NCBI GenBank assembly: GCA_027052175.1
Contig: JALUFE010000013.1
Location: 1 to 58,172 of the forward strand
Source of the DNA: Helicobacteraceae bacterium
Lineage (GTDB): Bacteria > Campylobacterota > Campylobacteria > Campylobacterales > Sulfurimonadaceae
Reading direction: 5' to 3'
Length of the DNA stretch: 58,172 nucleotides
Part shown: in pieces, positions 44,911-58,011 of the stretch
Layout: each line of letters opens with the position of its first letter
Numbering within the stretch: position 1 is the first letter of the stretch
The notes under the pieces: model-generated
Seen by the model: the letters and a program-made list of their open reading frames with translations, nothing else
What the model was told of the DNA's origin: nothing
Database searches by the model: none
Position numbers and translations under genes: made by a program

Positions 44911-45663
44911 TTACTCCTTCACTTCCGGTTTCAGAATGATGACTATCCTTCCCTTTTCTTTGGCAGGATTCTTTGGAAAGACGATACCTTTTAACCGTTC
45001 TCTAATCTTATCAGCTTCTTCATTTAGTGTCTCACTTCCAGAATAGTTCAAAATGCGAAAATCAAGCATCTTGCCAAGCGGACTGAGTTCTATCACCGCC
45101 CTAACCTGTTCCCCTTCACTATTGGGGGGCGGAAAAAAATGATCGTAAACAATTGCATGAATTTTAGCGGAATACTCATTTACCTCCTCGGCACTCGATG
45201 CAGAGACGGGCTTTGTTTTTTTATCATTTCGATGTGAAATGCTTTTTTGAGTTTCATTGTCGACTACATCTGGAGCAGATATACTTTTTTCAATCTCTGC
45301 GATGCGTTTTGCATCAACTTTACGATTTTTTTTCGTATGTGTATCGACTTTTTTTGTCCAAATATTATTAAAAAGAGAATCTACATCCACATTCTCATTT
45401 ACGGAATCGACACTGTCTCTTTTTTTTTGTATCTTTTTTATCGGCTTTTGCCGCCGCACATTCCGTGCTGAAGAGTGCTTCGTACTGACAGGCACATCTT
45501 TTAAAGAAATTGAAATGTATTTTTTTTCGGTTAAACCGTAAGTATGCAGTTTCTTCTCGACAAAAAGTAAATGCACGAACAAAAACAACAGAAGAAAAAA
45601 AAGTAAAAAAGAGAATGCGCCGCTTAGATAAAACAGACGCGGATTATCATCCGTTTGTAGCAA
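44911..45663 (-). CDS. TolA/TonB-like energy-transducer protein
   Basis: N-terminal TM (FSFLLFFLLLFLFVHLLF), Lys-rich linker and a TonB_C-like end. No ATG lies upstream of the TM, so an in-frame TTG at 45663 is proposed. The start is uncertain. Confidence 0.55.
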   Translation of the reverse strand: MLQTDDNPRLFYLSGAFSFLLFFLLLFLFVHLLFVEKKLHTYGLTEKKYISISLKDVPVSTKHSSARNVRRQKPIKKIQKKRDSVDSVNENVDVDSLFNNIWTKKVDTHTKKNRKVDAKRIAEIEKSISAPDVVDNETQKSISHRNDKKTKPVSASSAEEVNEYSAKIHAIVYDHFFPPPNSEGEQVRAVIELSPLGKMLDFRILNYSGSETLNEEADKIRERLKGIVFPKNPAKEKGRIVIILKPEVKE

Positions 45664-46036
45664 GAGACACCTCGGTAAAACCTGCCTGCTTGACTGCAGC
45701 CAGCACTGACATAACGGTTCCGTAATCGAGCCGTTTGTCAGCACTGATAAGAACACTCGCTTTGAGATTGAGTTTTTGGGCATATTTGTAAAAATTGTCA
45801 CTAAAAGCATTTTTTTGAAATATCTCTTTGTTGACTTTAATGACACCCTCTTTGTTAATCGTAATATGCACGGGAGGGATTTTTTCTACTTGTTTGGAGT
45901 TTGAACCCTGCGGCAGCATAACCGTCTCTTCAAAAACGATATTGGGAGCTATCACCATCAAGATTGCAAGAAGTACAAGCATGATATCCACCATCGGAGT
46001 GATGTTGAGCTCCGGCTTTTCCTCCCAATCAAACAT
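45647..46036 (-). CDS. TolR/ExbD biopolymer transport protein
   Basis: 129 aa. ITPMVDIMLVLLAILMV TM with the conserved Asp. Confidence 0.9.
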   Translation of the reverse strand: MFDWEEKPELNITPMVDIMLVLLAILMVIAPNIVFEETVMLPQGSNSKQVEKIPPVHITINKEGVIKVNKEIFQKNAFSDNFYKYAQKLNLKASVLISADKRLDYGTVMSVLAAVKQAGFTEVSLATNG

Positions 46037-46040
46037 TTTA

Positions 46041-46610
46041 TTATTCTCCGTTTCGAGCTAGGAGCGACTCACTTTGCATTTGAATGAAATTGATGGTTTC
46101 ATAGGATTTTCGTTTCAACAGCTGATGATAGGTATAGGCAAAAATCGCTACAAATATACCTGCCGCAGTCGCAATGAGTGCATCTGCCACACCTGTAGCT
46201 ATAACACTCATCCCTCCACTTGTTTTTCCGATGTGTGCAAAGGTATCGAGAATCGAAACGACAGTTCCAAAAAGTCCGATAAAAGGAGCGGTTGACGCAA
46301 CGATAGAGAGAAAAGTCATTCCTTTCGTAGCCTCTTTTGTAGCGGAGAGAATCGCCAAATCAAATAACTCTTTATTTAAACTATTTGCACTTTTTATGAA
46401 ATGGCTTAAATAAGAGCTATCACTCACGCTGCTTGCACCCATTAGTAAAGTCTCAAGCGATTTTTTTTCAATTTTGTACCAGGATTTCATGCTAAAAAAA
46501 CGATATAGAAAGAGCCAGTTTACAGCTATGAAATAAATCGAAAGAAATAGAAGCACACCCAGTGTTACAGGGTGAGACTTCAAGTAAAAATCAATGAGGT
46601 TGTTCAGCAT
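46041..46610 (-). CDS. TolQ/ExbB (MotA/TolQ/ExbB proton channel family)
   Basis: 189 aa, 3 TM. TAPFIGLFGTV motif. Confidence 0.9.
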   Translation of the reverse strand: MLNNLIDFYLKSHPVTLGVLLFLSIYFIAVNWLFLYRFFSMKSWYKIEKKSLETLLMGASSVSDSSYLSHFIKSANSLNKELFDLAILSATKEATKGMTFLSIVASTAPFIGLFGTVVSILDTFAHIGKTSGGMSVIATGVADALIATAAGIFVAIFAYTYHQLLKRKSYETINFIQMQSESLLARNGE

Positions 46611-46613
46611 GAA

Positions 46614-47006
46614 TTACAGAAGATTTTTTGCCGCAGTTTCAAGTCTTGCAGATGCAGTAGCTATAGCAATACCGGAATCTGCAATATCGTTAAGAAGTGC
46701 TTTCGCTTCTTCAAGCGCTTTGGATATCTCTCCTTCATTTTCGCCTCTTATGGCGACTGCACCCTCTACCAGGACGACAACTTTTTCTTCATCCACCTGC
46801 GCAACACCCCAGTTGATGAGAACTGATTCTTGTTTTTTGTCCTCTTTGACGATATCGATGACACCACTCGTAAGCAGAGTCGTCAGACTCGCGTGATGCG
46901 CAAGGACACCGAACTCTCCCTCTTCACCGGGAAGAGTAGCGGAAACGACCTGACCTTCAAAGATCTGACCGTTGGGAGTGAGGATCTCGAGTGTAAACGT
47001 ATCCAT
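46614..47006 (-). CDS. atpC: F1 ATP synthase epsilon subunit
   Basis: 130 aa with a typical AtpC N-terminal beta-sandwich sequence. Downstream of atpD. Confidence 0.95.
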   Translation of the reverse strand: MDTFTLEILTPNGQIFEGQVVSATLPGEEGEFGVLAHHASLTTLLTSGVIDIVKEDKKQESVLINWGVAQVDEEKVVVLVEGAVAIRGENEGEISKALEEAKALLNDIADSGIAIATASARLETAAKNLL

Positions 47007-47026
47007 TACAGTCCTTTAATGTGTTA

Positions 47027-49331
<2,305 letters not shown>

Positions 49332-49341
49332 AAATAATTCC

Positions 49342-50859
49342 TTATTCCGTTACGAAAGAGGCTTTGAACTCATCCAACGCTTTAATCATGAGCGCTTTTG
49401 TCTCATCGTCGATTTTTTTGCTGCTTCTGATATTTTCAAAAATCTGCGGATAAGAAGCTTCGATAAACGGATAGAGTTCCGCTTCGAACTTCGTTACGGC
49501 AGATACCGGAATATCATCAAGATAACCCTCGTTGCCGGCAAAAATAATCATTACCTGCTTCTCTGCCGGAAGCGGAGAATATGGAGGCTGCTTGAGAACT
49601 TCGACCATTCTTTGACCGCGTTCAAGCTGCTTTCTTGAAGCCTCATCAAGGTCGGAAGCAAACTGTGCAAACGCCTGAAGCTCTCTAAACTGAGCGAGAT
49701 CGAGTCTCAGAGTACCTGCAACCTGCTTTGTCGCTTTGATCTGCGCTGCACCACCGACACGAGAAACGGAAAGACCGACGTTGATCGCAGGTCTGATACC
49801 CGAGTTGAAGAGATCAGTCTCAAGGAAGATCTGACCGTCGGTAATGGAAATAACGTTTGTCGGGATGTATGCCGCAACGTCACCTGCCTGTGTTTCGATG
49901 ATAGGAAGTGCGGTCAATGAACCAGCGCCTTTCTCATCACTGAGTTTCGCTGCACGCTCAAGAAGTCTTGAGTGTAGGTAGAAAACATCACCAGGATATG
50001 CTTCACGACCCGGAGGACGTCTCAGAATCAAGGACATTTCACGGTATGCAACCGCGTGCTTAGAGAGATCATCGTACACGATCAAACCGTGTCTTGAGTT
50101 GTCGCGGAAATACTCTCCCATCGTTACACCTGTATATGGTGCAAGGAACTGAAGCGCAGCAGCTTCTGCAGCAGTTGCAGAAACAATGATAGTGTACTCA
50201 AGCGCGCCATGCTCCTCAAGACGTCTTACGATCTGAGCAACAGTAGACTCTTTTTGACCCACAGCAACGTATACGCAAACGACGCCGTTACCTTTTTGGT
50301 TGATTATCGTATCGAGGGCGACAGTCGTTTTACCTGTTTGTCTATCCCCGATGATAAGCTCTCTTTGTCCTCTACCGATAGGTACAAGTGCATCGATCGC
50401 TTTGATACCTGTCGCCATTGGCTCATGAACGGACTTTCTGTCCATAATGCCAGGTGCTTTCTCTTCGACAAATCTTGTCTCAGTCGCCTCGATCGGACCT
50501 TTACCGTCAATCGGCTCGCCGAGTGCATTGACAACACGTCCAAGAAGAGCGTCACCGACAGGTACGCGAAGCAGTTTTCCGAGTCTTTTAACACTCATTC
50601 CCTCTTTAAGTGCTCCCCCGCTTCCGAGTACAACGACACCGACACTCGCTTCTTCGAGGTTGAGAGCAAGACCTTTCGTCCCCTCTTCAAATTCTACCAT
50701 CTCTCCTGCCATAACGTTGCTCAGGCCGTACACCTGCGCAACACCATCAGCATAAGAAACAACTTTACCAGTTTCATCGACATCGACACTTAGTTCGAAA
50801 TTGTCGATACGCTCTTTGATTATAGAGCTGATCTCGTCAGCTTTTATCTTTGCTACCAC
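49342..50859 (-). CDS. atpA: F1 ATP synthase alpha subunit
   Basis: GDRQTGKT Walker A. 505 aa. Confidence 0.97.
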   Translation of the reverse strand: MVAKIKADEISSIIKERIDNFELSVDVDETGKVVSYADGVAQVYGLSNVMAGEMVEFEEGTKGLALNLEEASVGVVVLGSGGALKEGMSVKRLGKLLRVPVGDALLGRVVNALGEPIDGKGPIEATETRFVEEKAPGIMDRKSVHEPMATGIKAIDALVPIGRGQRELIIGDRQTGKTTVALDTIINQKGNGVVCVYVAVGQKESTVAQIVRRLEEHGALEYTIIVSATAAEAAALQFLAPYTGVTMGEYFRDNSRHGLIVYDDLSKHAVAYREMSLILRRPPGREAYPGDVFYLHSRLLERAAKLSDEKGAGSLTALPIIETQAGDVAAYIPTNVISITDGQIFLETDLFNSGIRPAINVGLSVSRVGGAAQIKATKQVAGTLRLDLAQFRELQAFAQFASDLDEASRKQLERGQRMVEVLKQPPYSPLPAEKQVMIIFAGNEGYLDDIPVSAVTKFEAELYPFIEASYPQIFENIRSSKKIDDETKALMIKALDEFKASFVTE

Positions 50860-50880
50860 TATTGTTCTCCTCTCGTGAAG

Positions 50881-51417
50881 TTAAATTGCTTTTAATATAT
50901 GATCGACGATACGATTGCCGATTCTTGATCTTGAGAAGCTGATCTCGACGCCAAGTCCGTCAACATCCACTTTTATTCCATCGAAATCGCTCTTGACAAA
51001 AGAGAGAGCGATCGTAGAATCAAATTTTTTTCCCAAGCCTGCACTCAATTCGCCAAGCACACTCTCTTCGATTTCCGTATCGCTGTAAACGACACCTCTA
51101 TATTCTCTCTTTTTATCCGCTATGTAAGATTGAAGCGTAGCCGCAATATCCGCTATCAGATCGACTCTATTGTGCTCGACAAGAAGTTTGATGAAATTTT
51201 CCATCTGTTTCGAGTTTGCACCTGCAATAGCTGCTGTCAAAATCTCGGCACGTTTTTCTTTCGAAACTTCCGGAGAATTCATCACTGCCGCTATCTTTCC
51301 GTCGTTCAGAGCTTTTGCCAGCGCTGAAAGAACTTCAGCAGCGCTTTCAAGCGATGTCATATCAAACTCTTTTGCAAGCGCTTTTACATATTTTTTTGCT
51401 ACAAGTTCGTTCATCAT
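50881..51417 (-). CDS. atpH: F1 ATP synthase delta subunit (OSCP)
   Basis: 178 aa. Position between atpF and atpA. OSCP-like helical N-terminus. Confidence 0.9.
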   Translation of the reverse strand: MMNELVAKKYVKALAKEFDMTSLESAAEVLSALAKALNDGKIAAVMNSPEVSKEKRAEILTAAIAGANSKQMENFIKLLVEHNRVDLIADIAATLQSYIADKKREYRGVVYSDTEIEESVLGELSAGLGKKFDSTIALSFVKSDFDGIKVDVDGLGVEISFSRSRIGNRIVDHILKAI

Positions 51418-51924
51418 CTATGCAACCTTTTTGAGAATTACGTTGACCATAGTGTCTTTTGAAAGTTCGTTCGTACCCTCTTTGACAACCTCTTGCAACA
51501 CCTCTTCGACAACTGAAGCCACCATACGTCTCTCTGCCAGTTCAAGTTTGCTTTCATGAGCTTTCTCAAGATTCTCAAGATCGTTCTCACACTGTTCTAA
51601 AATAGAATCGTTGAGTATTTTGCTCTCTTTTTTTGCTCCTTCAAGAATCTCAACAGCAAGTTTTTCAGCTTCAGAGATCTTTGCCAACGCATCCTTCTTT
51701 TTCTGAACAGACTCGTTGAGTTTATTTTGAACGCTCTTGAGCTCGTTCGCTATTCCTGCACTTCTATTGGCGAAAAAATTTTTTGTAGGTTTTGCAAGCA
51801 GATACCACAGTATCCCTGCAAACAGAACAAAGTTAACCGTTCTTTGAACAATATCCGTATGTGATCCATCTGCTGCAAATACAAGGGTTGAGAGAGCTAA
51901 CAATACTGCTAAAATTTTACCCAT
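51418..51924 (-). CDS. atpF: F0 ATP synthase subunit b
   Basis: N-terminal TM plus a long charged helix. Located in the atp operon. Confidence 0.85.
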   Translation of the reverse strand: MGKILAVLLALSTLVFAADGSHTDIVQRTVNFVLFAGILWYLLAKPTKNFFANRSAGIANELKSVQNKLNESVQKKKDALAKISEAEKLAVEILEGAKKESKILNDSILEQCENDLENLEKAHESKLELAERRMVASVVEEVLQEVVKEGTNELSKDTMVNVILKKVA

Positions 51925-51933
51925 CTGTTATCC

Positions 51934-52356
51934 TTATATTTGACTGAATTTGAGCTTGAGTGCGTCCTTGAAAGCAGGAATGTCGGCAAGCAGCTCGCGT
52001 CTAAGCTCCTCCCCTCTTGCTTCCAAAGATTTTTCAAACTCTGTATATTCGCTCGCTAAAGCGGCCTTTTTTGCCTCTATACGACTCTCGGCCAATTCTT
52101 TGGCATCCGCAATAACCTTCTCTCTTAGTGCCGCAGCTTCTAGTTTGGCATTCATCACGATAGACTCGGCTTTTTCCAAAAGTTCCTTGATCTCGCTGTC
52201 GTTCGAGCCCACTTTGCTCAAATCGCGCTTGATATCTTCGTCTCTTTTTTGCATAAAAGCGAGCAACGGTCGATAAAGCCAACTATTTAGAACGGCTATA
52301 AGTATAAGAAAGACAACCAATGTGCTTAAAAGCAGTAATGGACTGATATCTAACAT
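51934..52356 (-). CDS. F0 ATP synthase subunit b'
   Basis: Second b-type subunit (one TM plus a charged helix). First gene of this atp block, with an AGGAGG SD. Confidence 0.8.
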   Translation of the reverse strand: MLDISPLLLLSTLVVFLILIAVLNSWLYRPLLAFMQKRDEDIKRDLSKVGSNDSEIKELLEKAESIVMNAKLEAAALREKVIADAKELAESRIEAKKAALASEYTEFEKSLEARGEELRRELLADIPAFKDALKLKFSQI

Positions 52357-52481
52357 AGCACCTCCTAAAAGTTGCGTGATTATACTATGTTTAAATTGAA
52401 AAGTTAGTTAAAGTTAATGTTTTGGATTCTTTTTTTGAGATAAGGGGAAAAAGTGTGTAAAATTAAGACATAAAAAGAGGA

Positions 52482-53336
52482 TCAATCAACTCTTTTTACG
52501 AAAGCATCAACTTGCTCTTGATTGTCAAATTCAAGAGTAATTTTATCAGACGAAACGACACTTTTGATTCCCATTTCTTTGAGCTTTGCATAAAGGTCCA
52601 TCAGGTAGAGATGCTTGCTCTCTTTTTCTTTTTTCAAAGGCTTTTTGGCTTCGTTACGCGACTGCTTCATCCTTTTGATGATATTTTCAACTTCACGCAC
52701 ACTAAGCTTTTGGCCGACAATGGAGTTGACCATTGTCGTTTGATCTTTCTCGTCAAGCCCTACTAACATCTTTGCATGTCCGGCATTAATTTTTTTTTGA
52801 ACAAGTGCTTCTTGTGTATTTTTGGAAAGATTGAGGAGTCTGAGCGTGTTCGTTATATGTGTTCTGCTTTTATGAATGATGGAAGCGAGTTCTTCATGGG
52901 TGACACCATGGAGTTTGATAAGTGCTTCGTAGCTCTGAGCGAGTTCGATAGGATTGAGATCCTCTCTTTGTATATTCTCTATAAGCGCATACTGCTGCAT
53001 CTGCTCTTTGGAAATGTCCAGCACTATCGCTTTGATACTCTCCATCTTTGCAAGCATGCTGGCTCGAAAACGCCTCTCGCCCGCAACGAGAATATACCCC
53101 TCGATCCCGTCTTCGACGACGATAACCGGTTGAATAAGACCATCTTTTTTTATGGAATCGGCAAGCTCCTTCAGACTTTCCTCGCTAAAGTGCTTCCGTG
53201 GCTGGTAAGGATTGGGTTCTATATTTTCCAGAGGAATCTCGATGACACTGTTTTGTGTACTCGATTCATTCTCATACGCTTCTCCTACCTCTCCAAGAAG
53301 TGCATCCAGTCCTCTGCCGAGTGCCGCTTTTTTCAC
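52482..53336 (-). CDS. parB: chromosome partitioning protein ParB
   Basis: GLGRGLDALL N-terminus, ParB box (IQPVIV, GERRFRA) and an HTH. Confidence 0.95.
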   Translation of the reverse strand: MKKAALGRGLDALLGEVGEAYENESSTQNSVIEIPLENIEPNPYQPRKHFSEESLKELADSIKKDGLIQPVIVVEDGIEGYILVAGERRFRASMLAKMESIKAIVLDISKEQMQQYALIENIQREDLNPIELAQSYEALIKLHGVTHEELASIIHKSRTHITNTLRLLNLSKNTQEALVQKKINAGHAKMLVGLDEKDQTTMVNSIVGQKLSVREVENIIKRMKQSRNEAKKPLKKEKESKHLYLMDLYAKLKEMGIKSVVSSDKITLEFDNQEQVDAFVKRVD

Positions 53337-54115
53337 TTGATAATCGCCTGTGCAAGATTTTGATATGCTTTCGAGCCACTTGACTTGACATCGTAAAGAA
53401 TAACAGGTTTCCCAAATGAGGGGGATTCTGCAAGTTTAACGTTTCGAGGAACGACGATATATTTTTCCTCTTCATTTTTAAAGAGTTTGCTTTTAAAATG
53501 CTGCTTGAGATCGGCAAACACCTGTTTGGAGAGATTGTTTTGCACACTATACATAGTCGGTAGGAAACCTTTTATTGTCAGCTTGGGATTGATCGATTTT
53601 TTAACCAGCTTAATCGTATTTAACAATTGTGCAAGTCCTTCAAGTGCAAAAAATTCACACTGGATAGGGATAATTACCGAGTTGGAAGCCGAAAGCGCAT
53701 TGATTGTCATCGGCCCCAATGCCGGCGGAGCATCGATGATGATATAATCATACTCTCTTTTTACCTGTTCGATGGCCTTTTTAAGTACCAACTCGCGCCC
53801 TTTTGCTTTTTCAACGTCATAGTACTCTTTTTCTATCCCGACAAGTCCTATATTTGAAGGAGCGAGATGGAGCGTCGGGATATCTGTTTTGAGAATGATA
53901 TCTTTGAGTTTTTTCGCACCTATAAGTACATGATAGATATTAAATTCATAATCGTTACGGTGAAAGCCAAACGATGTTGTGGCATTTGCCTGCGGGTCCG
54001 AGTCGATAACGAGGACTTTTTTTTCCGCAACTGCCAATGAAGCAGCCAGATTGACAGCAGTAGTGGTTTTACCGACCCCGCCCTTTTGATTCGCTATGAC
54101 TATAACTTCACTCAT
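53333..54115 (-). CDS. parA: chromosome partitioning ATPase ParA/Soj
   Basis: Deviant Walker A KGGVGKTT. Confidence 0.95.
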   Translation of the reverse strand: MSEVIVIANQKGGVGKTTTAVNLAASLAVAEKKVLVIDSDPQANATTSFGFHRNDYEFNIYHVLIGAKKLKDIILKTDIPTLHLAPSNIGLVGIEKEYYDVEKAKGRELVLKKAIEQVKREYDYIIIDAPPALGPMTINALSASNSVIIPIQCEFFALEGLAQLLNTIKLVKKSINPKLTIKGFLPTMYSVQNNLSKQVFADLKQHFKSKLFKNEEEKYIVVPRNVKLAESPSFGKPVILYDVKSSGSKAYQNLAQAIIK

Positions 54116-54756
54116 CGTAGACTGTATATCCTCTCGCCATTTATCGTTATCGAGCCGTCATCGTTAAGAACGGCAGATCGCATGGAAACTTTTTTTGCGT
54201 TCTTTATATGTGCAAAAAAAGATCTGTTTTTGTAAAATTCTACACTATAATTTCTAAAAACTTGCTTCCACGAGATACTTTTTTTCACATTTTCCATAAA
54301 TCTCTGCACGATCTCTTCCGGAGTCATTACGATATCAAGTACTCCAAACTCTTCTGGTGCTGCAACAAGGTTGATCCCCACACCGCAAACAAGAGCACTG
54401 TCAACTACTGACGTAATCATCCCTCCGATTTTTTTCTCTTCTATATAGAAATCATTGGGCCACTTGATCCAGCACCGCGATCCCTGCTTGGCTAGGACCT
54501 CTTTTAAAAGCCAAGCAAAGTATATCGATGCCGACTCAAGCGGGAGATCGGCAGGCAACGATCTGCGCTCGACTATAAAACTCAAAAAGAGATTTCCCTC
54601 TTTGCCTATCCAACTGTTGCCTCTGCTGCCAATACCTTGAGTCTGTTTTTTTGTAAAAACGGCAAAAGGCGGTGTAACCTTTTTGGTTTTGTAGGCATTT
54701 TTAAGCCACTCCTGCGTTGAAGCGACTTCATCAAGCAAGAGTATCTGCAACGCCAA
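54112..54756 (-). CDS. birA: biotin--[acetyl-CoA-carboxylase] ligase (no N-terminal HTH)
   Basis: QTQGIGSRGNSW motif. 214 aa. Confidence 0.9.
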   Translation of the reverse strand: MALQILLLDEVASTQEWLKNAYKTKKVTPPFAVFTKKQTQGIGSRGNSWIGKEGNLFLSFIVERRSLPADLPLESASIYFAWLLKEVLAKQGSRCWIKWPNDFYIEEKKIGGMITSVVDSALVCGVGINLVAAPEEFGVLDIVMTPEEIVQRFMENVKKSISWKQVFRNYSVEFYKNRSFFAHIKNAKKVSMRSAVLNDDGSITINGERIYSLR

Positions 54757-55639
54757 TCCTCTTCCCGTTGAGATAATCTTTGATATCCATCTCTTTTTTG
54801 GATGCTGGCTGTACGCGGCAGATCGCTACTCTGCCCTTTTCGCAGCCAATCTCGGCACACTCATCCACCTTGACGATCTTCCCTTTTTCAAAATGTCCCT
54901 CATCCTCAAGCAGTTTCATCTTTTTGAGCTTGAGTCCGCTTGCAAGATAGACTCCCGGCCATGGAGTAAACGCTCTGTACTTATTATAAAGCAGTTGTGC
55001 ATCGTCAAACTCCACAAGTCCATCCTCTTTGGTGATCTTCTTGCAGTAGGTAGCTTCGGCATCATTTTGCGCTACCGGGGTATAGCTTGAAAAGTTCTTC
55101 AAAACATCCAGAGTCAAAGAAGCGGCGATATGCGTCAACTTCTCAAAAAGCTCATGGGCCATCTCGTCTTCGCCTATCTCACACTCCTCTATCTTTATAA
55201 TATCTCCAGTATCGAGCCCTTCATCCATCAGCATCGCCGTAACACCCGTTTTGGTATCGCCACTCAGAATAGCCTGCTGAATGGGGCTTGCTCCCCTGTA
55301 TTTTGGGAGTATCGAAGCATGCAGATTGATACATGGCGCGTGATCGAGTACTGCTTTTGGCAGTATCTGTCCGTATGCGGCTACAACGATAAAGTCACAC
55401 TCTTGCCGTAAAACCGATGCAATCGATATTTCATCTTTGAGTGAGCTGGGTTGGTAGACCTTTATGCCATGCTTTTGTGCCAACACTTTTACCACTGGAG
55501 GAGTAAGGATTTTTTTACGCCCTACAGGTTTGTCGGGCTGTGTATAGACACTTACGACCTCTATTTCCTCATCTTTTATCAGCTTTTTTAAAATCTCCTC
55601 GGCATAGTCGGGAGTTCCCATAAAGATTACTTTTATCAT
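54731..55639 (-). CDS. fmt: methionyl-tRNA formyltransferase
   Basis: IFMGTPDYA N-terminus and HASILPKYRGASPIQ motif. Confidence 0.95.
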   Translation of the reverse strand: MIKVIFMGTPDYAEEILKKLIKDEEIEVVSVYTQPDKPVGRKKILTPPVVKVLAQKHGIKVYQPSSLKDEISIASVLRQECDFIVVAAYGQILPKAVLDHAPCINLHASILPKYRGASPIQQAILSGDTKTGVTAMLMDEGLDTGDIIKIEECEIGEDEMAHELFEKLTHIAASLTLDVLKNFSSYTPVAQNDAEATYCKKITKEDGLVEFDDAQLLYNKYRAFTPWPGVYLASGLKLKKMKLLEDEGHFEKGKIVKVDECAEIGCEKGRVAICRVQPASKKEMDIKDYLNGKRIGVADTLA

Positions 55640-55706
55640 GACAATATCCTTTTACTTTTGAAATTATAACTGATCTTACAGGATGAAATATTATGAGGAA
55701 ACAGAT

Positions 55707-56465
55707 TCACGCTTGAAAAAGCGTACCGCCTGCATGGTTGCCATGGAGTAGGAACTCTTTGGCATCGCTTAGATCAAATCCGCTTGAGAGAAATGTATCG
55801 ATACCGTTTTCCAAAAGATAGGAAGCAGCTTTGAGTTTTGTCACGATCCCGCCGGTGGCGAAGACATTGTTTGGAGTGACATCTTTGAGAAGTTCCTCTT
55901 GGGGTATCTCACGAACCACTTTGAGCACATTTGCGTCATCATTTTTGCGTGGGTCTTTGTCATAATAGGCATCGATATCTGAGAGAATGACGAGCATGTC
56001 GGCATCAGCCATTTTGGCTATATACGCAGAGAGCTGATCGTTATCACCAACGACAAGTTCTTCCGTTGCCGTTGCATCGTTTTCATTGACGATTGGGACT
56101 ACTTTGTTTTCCAGCAGGGTATCGACCGTGTTGCGAACCCGTTGGATATCGTCGGCTTTGTTCAAATTGGCTGCCGTGACAAGTACTTGCGCGACGATGA
56201 TGTCATACTTGTCGAACTTTTTGGCATACTTCTTCATCAAAACCGGCTGTCCGATGGCTGCAAGGGCCTGCTTGTTCTTGAGAAGACTTCGATCGAGCTT
56301 GAGTTTTGTATATCCCGCCGCAACTGCTCCGGAGCTGACAAGTATCACCTCATAGTGGCTTTGAAGCTCGGCGATGAGATCAACAAGCGCACTCATGCGC
56401 TCTAACGCCACGGAGTCGTTTTCCGTCAGTACTGCGCTGCCGACTTTGATAACCAATCGCTTCAT
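55707..56465 (-). CDS. proB: glutamate 5-kinase (short form without PUA domain)
   Basis: [11 protein letters not shown]-terminus. Amino-acid kinase fold. 252 aa. Confidence 0.95.
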   Translation of the reverse strand: MKRLVIKVGSAVLTENDSVALERMSALVDLIAELQSHYEVILVSSGAVAAGYTKLKLDRSLLKNKQALAAIGQPVLMKKYAKKFDKYDIIVAQVLVTAANLNKADDIQRVRNTVDTLLENKVVPIVNENDATATEELVVGDNDQLSAYIAKMADADMLVILSDIDAYYDKDPRKNDDANVLKVVREIPQEELLKDVTPNNVFATGGIVTKLKAASYLLENGIDTFLSSGFDLSDAKEFLLHGNHAGGTLFQA

Positions 56466-57584
56466 CTAACCCTCTTGGAGAGCAACTTTACGCTGTGTAT
56501 CGACAAGGTTGAAAAGAGCGTATTTGAGCGCTTCGATATTTTTACCCGTTGCCGAAGAGATCGGTGCTATGAAGTACGGCTTGCTTTTGTCATATCCAAG
56601 TGAAGTGTCCGCACTCTCTTGAATATAGTAGGGAAGCTCACTGTCGAACTTAAAATTCGATTCATTGCTTGGATGCAAGCCCTGAGACTCAATAAAGCTT
56701 TCCACCTTTTGTACCAGCTCTTCAGGTGCTACGATGTCCGCACGGGTAAGAGCGATCGCATAAGAGGAGTTTGCCAGCACGTCGCTGAACTTTGAAACTT
56801 CGGCTTTGAGTGTCTCTATCTGTTCGTCAAGCTCTCTGTAAGAGGCGAGATCGACCATAAACAGCAGCGTTTTCGTTCGCTCGATATGCTTGAGAAACTC
56901 GATCCCAAGCCCCCTGCCGTCACTCGCTCCTCCGATAATCCCGGGAATATCCGCCATGATAAAACTCTCAAAATCTCCTATGTTCACCTGTCCGAGTTTT
57001 GGAGTAAGTGTCGTGAACTCATAGTTGGCGATCTCCGGCTTGGCGTTGGAGACGACAGAGATGAGTGTTGATTTACCGACATTTGGAAAGCCGACAAGCC
57101 CCACATCGGCTATAAGTTTGAGTTCAAGGCGTATCGCTTTACTCTCTCCCGGCTCACCGGGCTGTGCATAGGTCGGGCGCTGATTCGTGGCGGATTTGAA
57201 GTGGGTGTTGCCAAGTCCGCCGCGTCCGCCTTTGAGCAGTGTGATTGCATCACCGTGATTAACAAGATCGGCAAGCACTTCGCCGCTCTCTGCATCGAGT
57301 ATCTGTGTTCCAGGCGGAACAGGGATCACTTTTGCCGGAGCCGATTTACCCGTCATATTGCTTCCAAGTCCGGGTCTGCCATTTTCGGCTTTTATATGCA
57401 TATTGTTATGAAAGTGCGAAAACGCGTGAGTGTTGTTGTCGCATTTGAAGACGATATCGCCGCCTTTGCCGCCGTCTCCGCCGTTTGGTCCGCCGTTAAG
57501 TACGAACTTTTCACGGCGAAATGCGACACATCCAGGCCCACCTTTTCCCGAAGTTACTTTTATCTTGACACTGTCTTTGAACAT
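56466..57584 (-). CDS. obgE: GTPase ObgE/CgtA
   Basis: Gly-rich Obg fold (GGDGGKGGD). G motifs GFPNVGKST and DIPG. Confidence 0.95.
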   Translation of the reverse strand: MFKDSVKIKVTSGKGGPGCVAFRREKFVLNGGPNGGDGGKGGDIVFKCDNNTHAFSHFHNNMHIKAENGRPGLGSNMTGKSAPAKVIPVPPGTQILDAESGEVLADLVNHGDAITLLKGGRGGLGNTHFKSATNQRPTYAQPGEPGESKAIRLELKLIADVGLVGFPNVGKSTLISVVSNAKPEIANYEFTTLTPKLGQVNIGDFESFIMADIPGIIGGASDGRGLGIEFLKHIERTKTLLFMVDLASYRELDEQIETLKAEVSKFSDVLANSSYAIALTRADIVAPEELVQKVESFIESQGLHPSNESNFKFDSELPYYIQESADTSLGYDKSKPYFIAPISSATGKNIEALKYALFNLVDTQRKVALQEG

Positions 57585-57698
57585 TTTTTGCCTTTTGTGT
57601 TTGTCGTAAGAGTTATCGACAACATTTAAAAAAGTACTAATACAATTATAGTAGATTTTTAAATGTTTCGAGATTGAAGTGATTTGTGTTTTAGTTGG

Positions 57699-57715
57699 TC
57701 GGGCACAAAGCCCGA
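57699..57715 (-). terminator. weak stem-loop after rpmA
   Basis: TCGGGC-ACAAA-GCCCGA, 11 nt after the rpmA stop. No clear U-tract on the minus strand. Confidence 0.3.
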
Positions 57716-57725
57716 AAATGTAGAA

Positions 57726-57983
57726 TTATGCAGCAGGTATAACAGATACTTGTTGTCTCTTTTTATCTTTACGCTCGAATGTAACGACACCGTCAACAAG
57801 CGCATAGATTGTATGGTCTTTCCCCATTCCTACATTTTTGCCTGGATGAACTTTCGTTCCTCTTTGTCTGATGATAATGTTACCGGCAATGACGCTCTCA
57901 CCACCGAATTTTTTCACACCGAGTCTTCTTCCCGCTGAATCGCGGTTATTCTGTGTACTACCCTGACCCTTCTTATGTGCCAT
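57726..57983 (-). CDS. rpmA: 50S ribosomal protein L27
   Basis: [24 protein letters not shown] is the canonical L27 N-terminus. Confidence 0.97.
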   Translation of the reverse strand: MAHKKGQGSTQNNRDSAGRRLGVKKFGGESVIAGNIIIRQRGTKVHPGKNVGMGKDHTIYALVDGVVTFERKDKKRQQVSVIPAA

Positions 57984-58011
57984 GACTTCTCCTTAAAAGA
58001 TTTGTAAACGC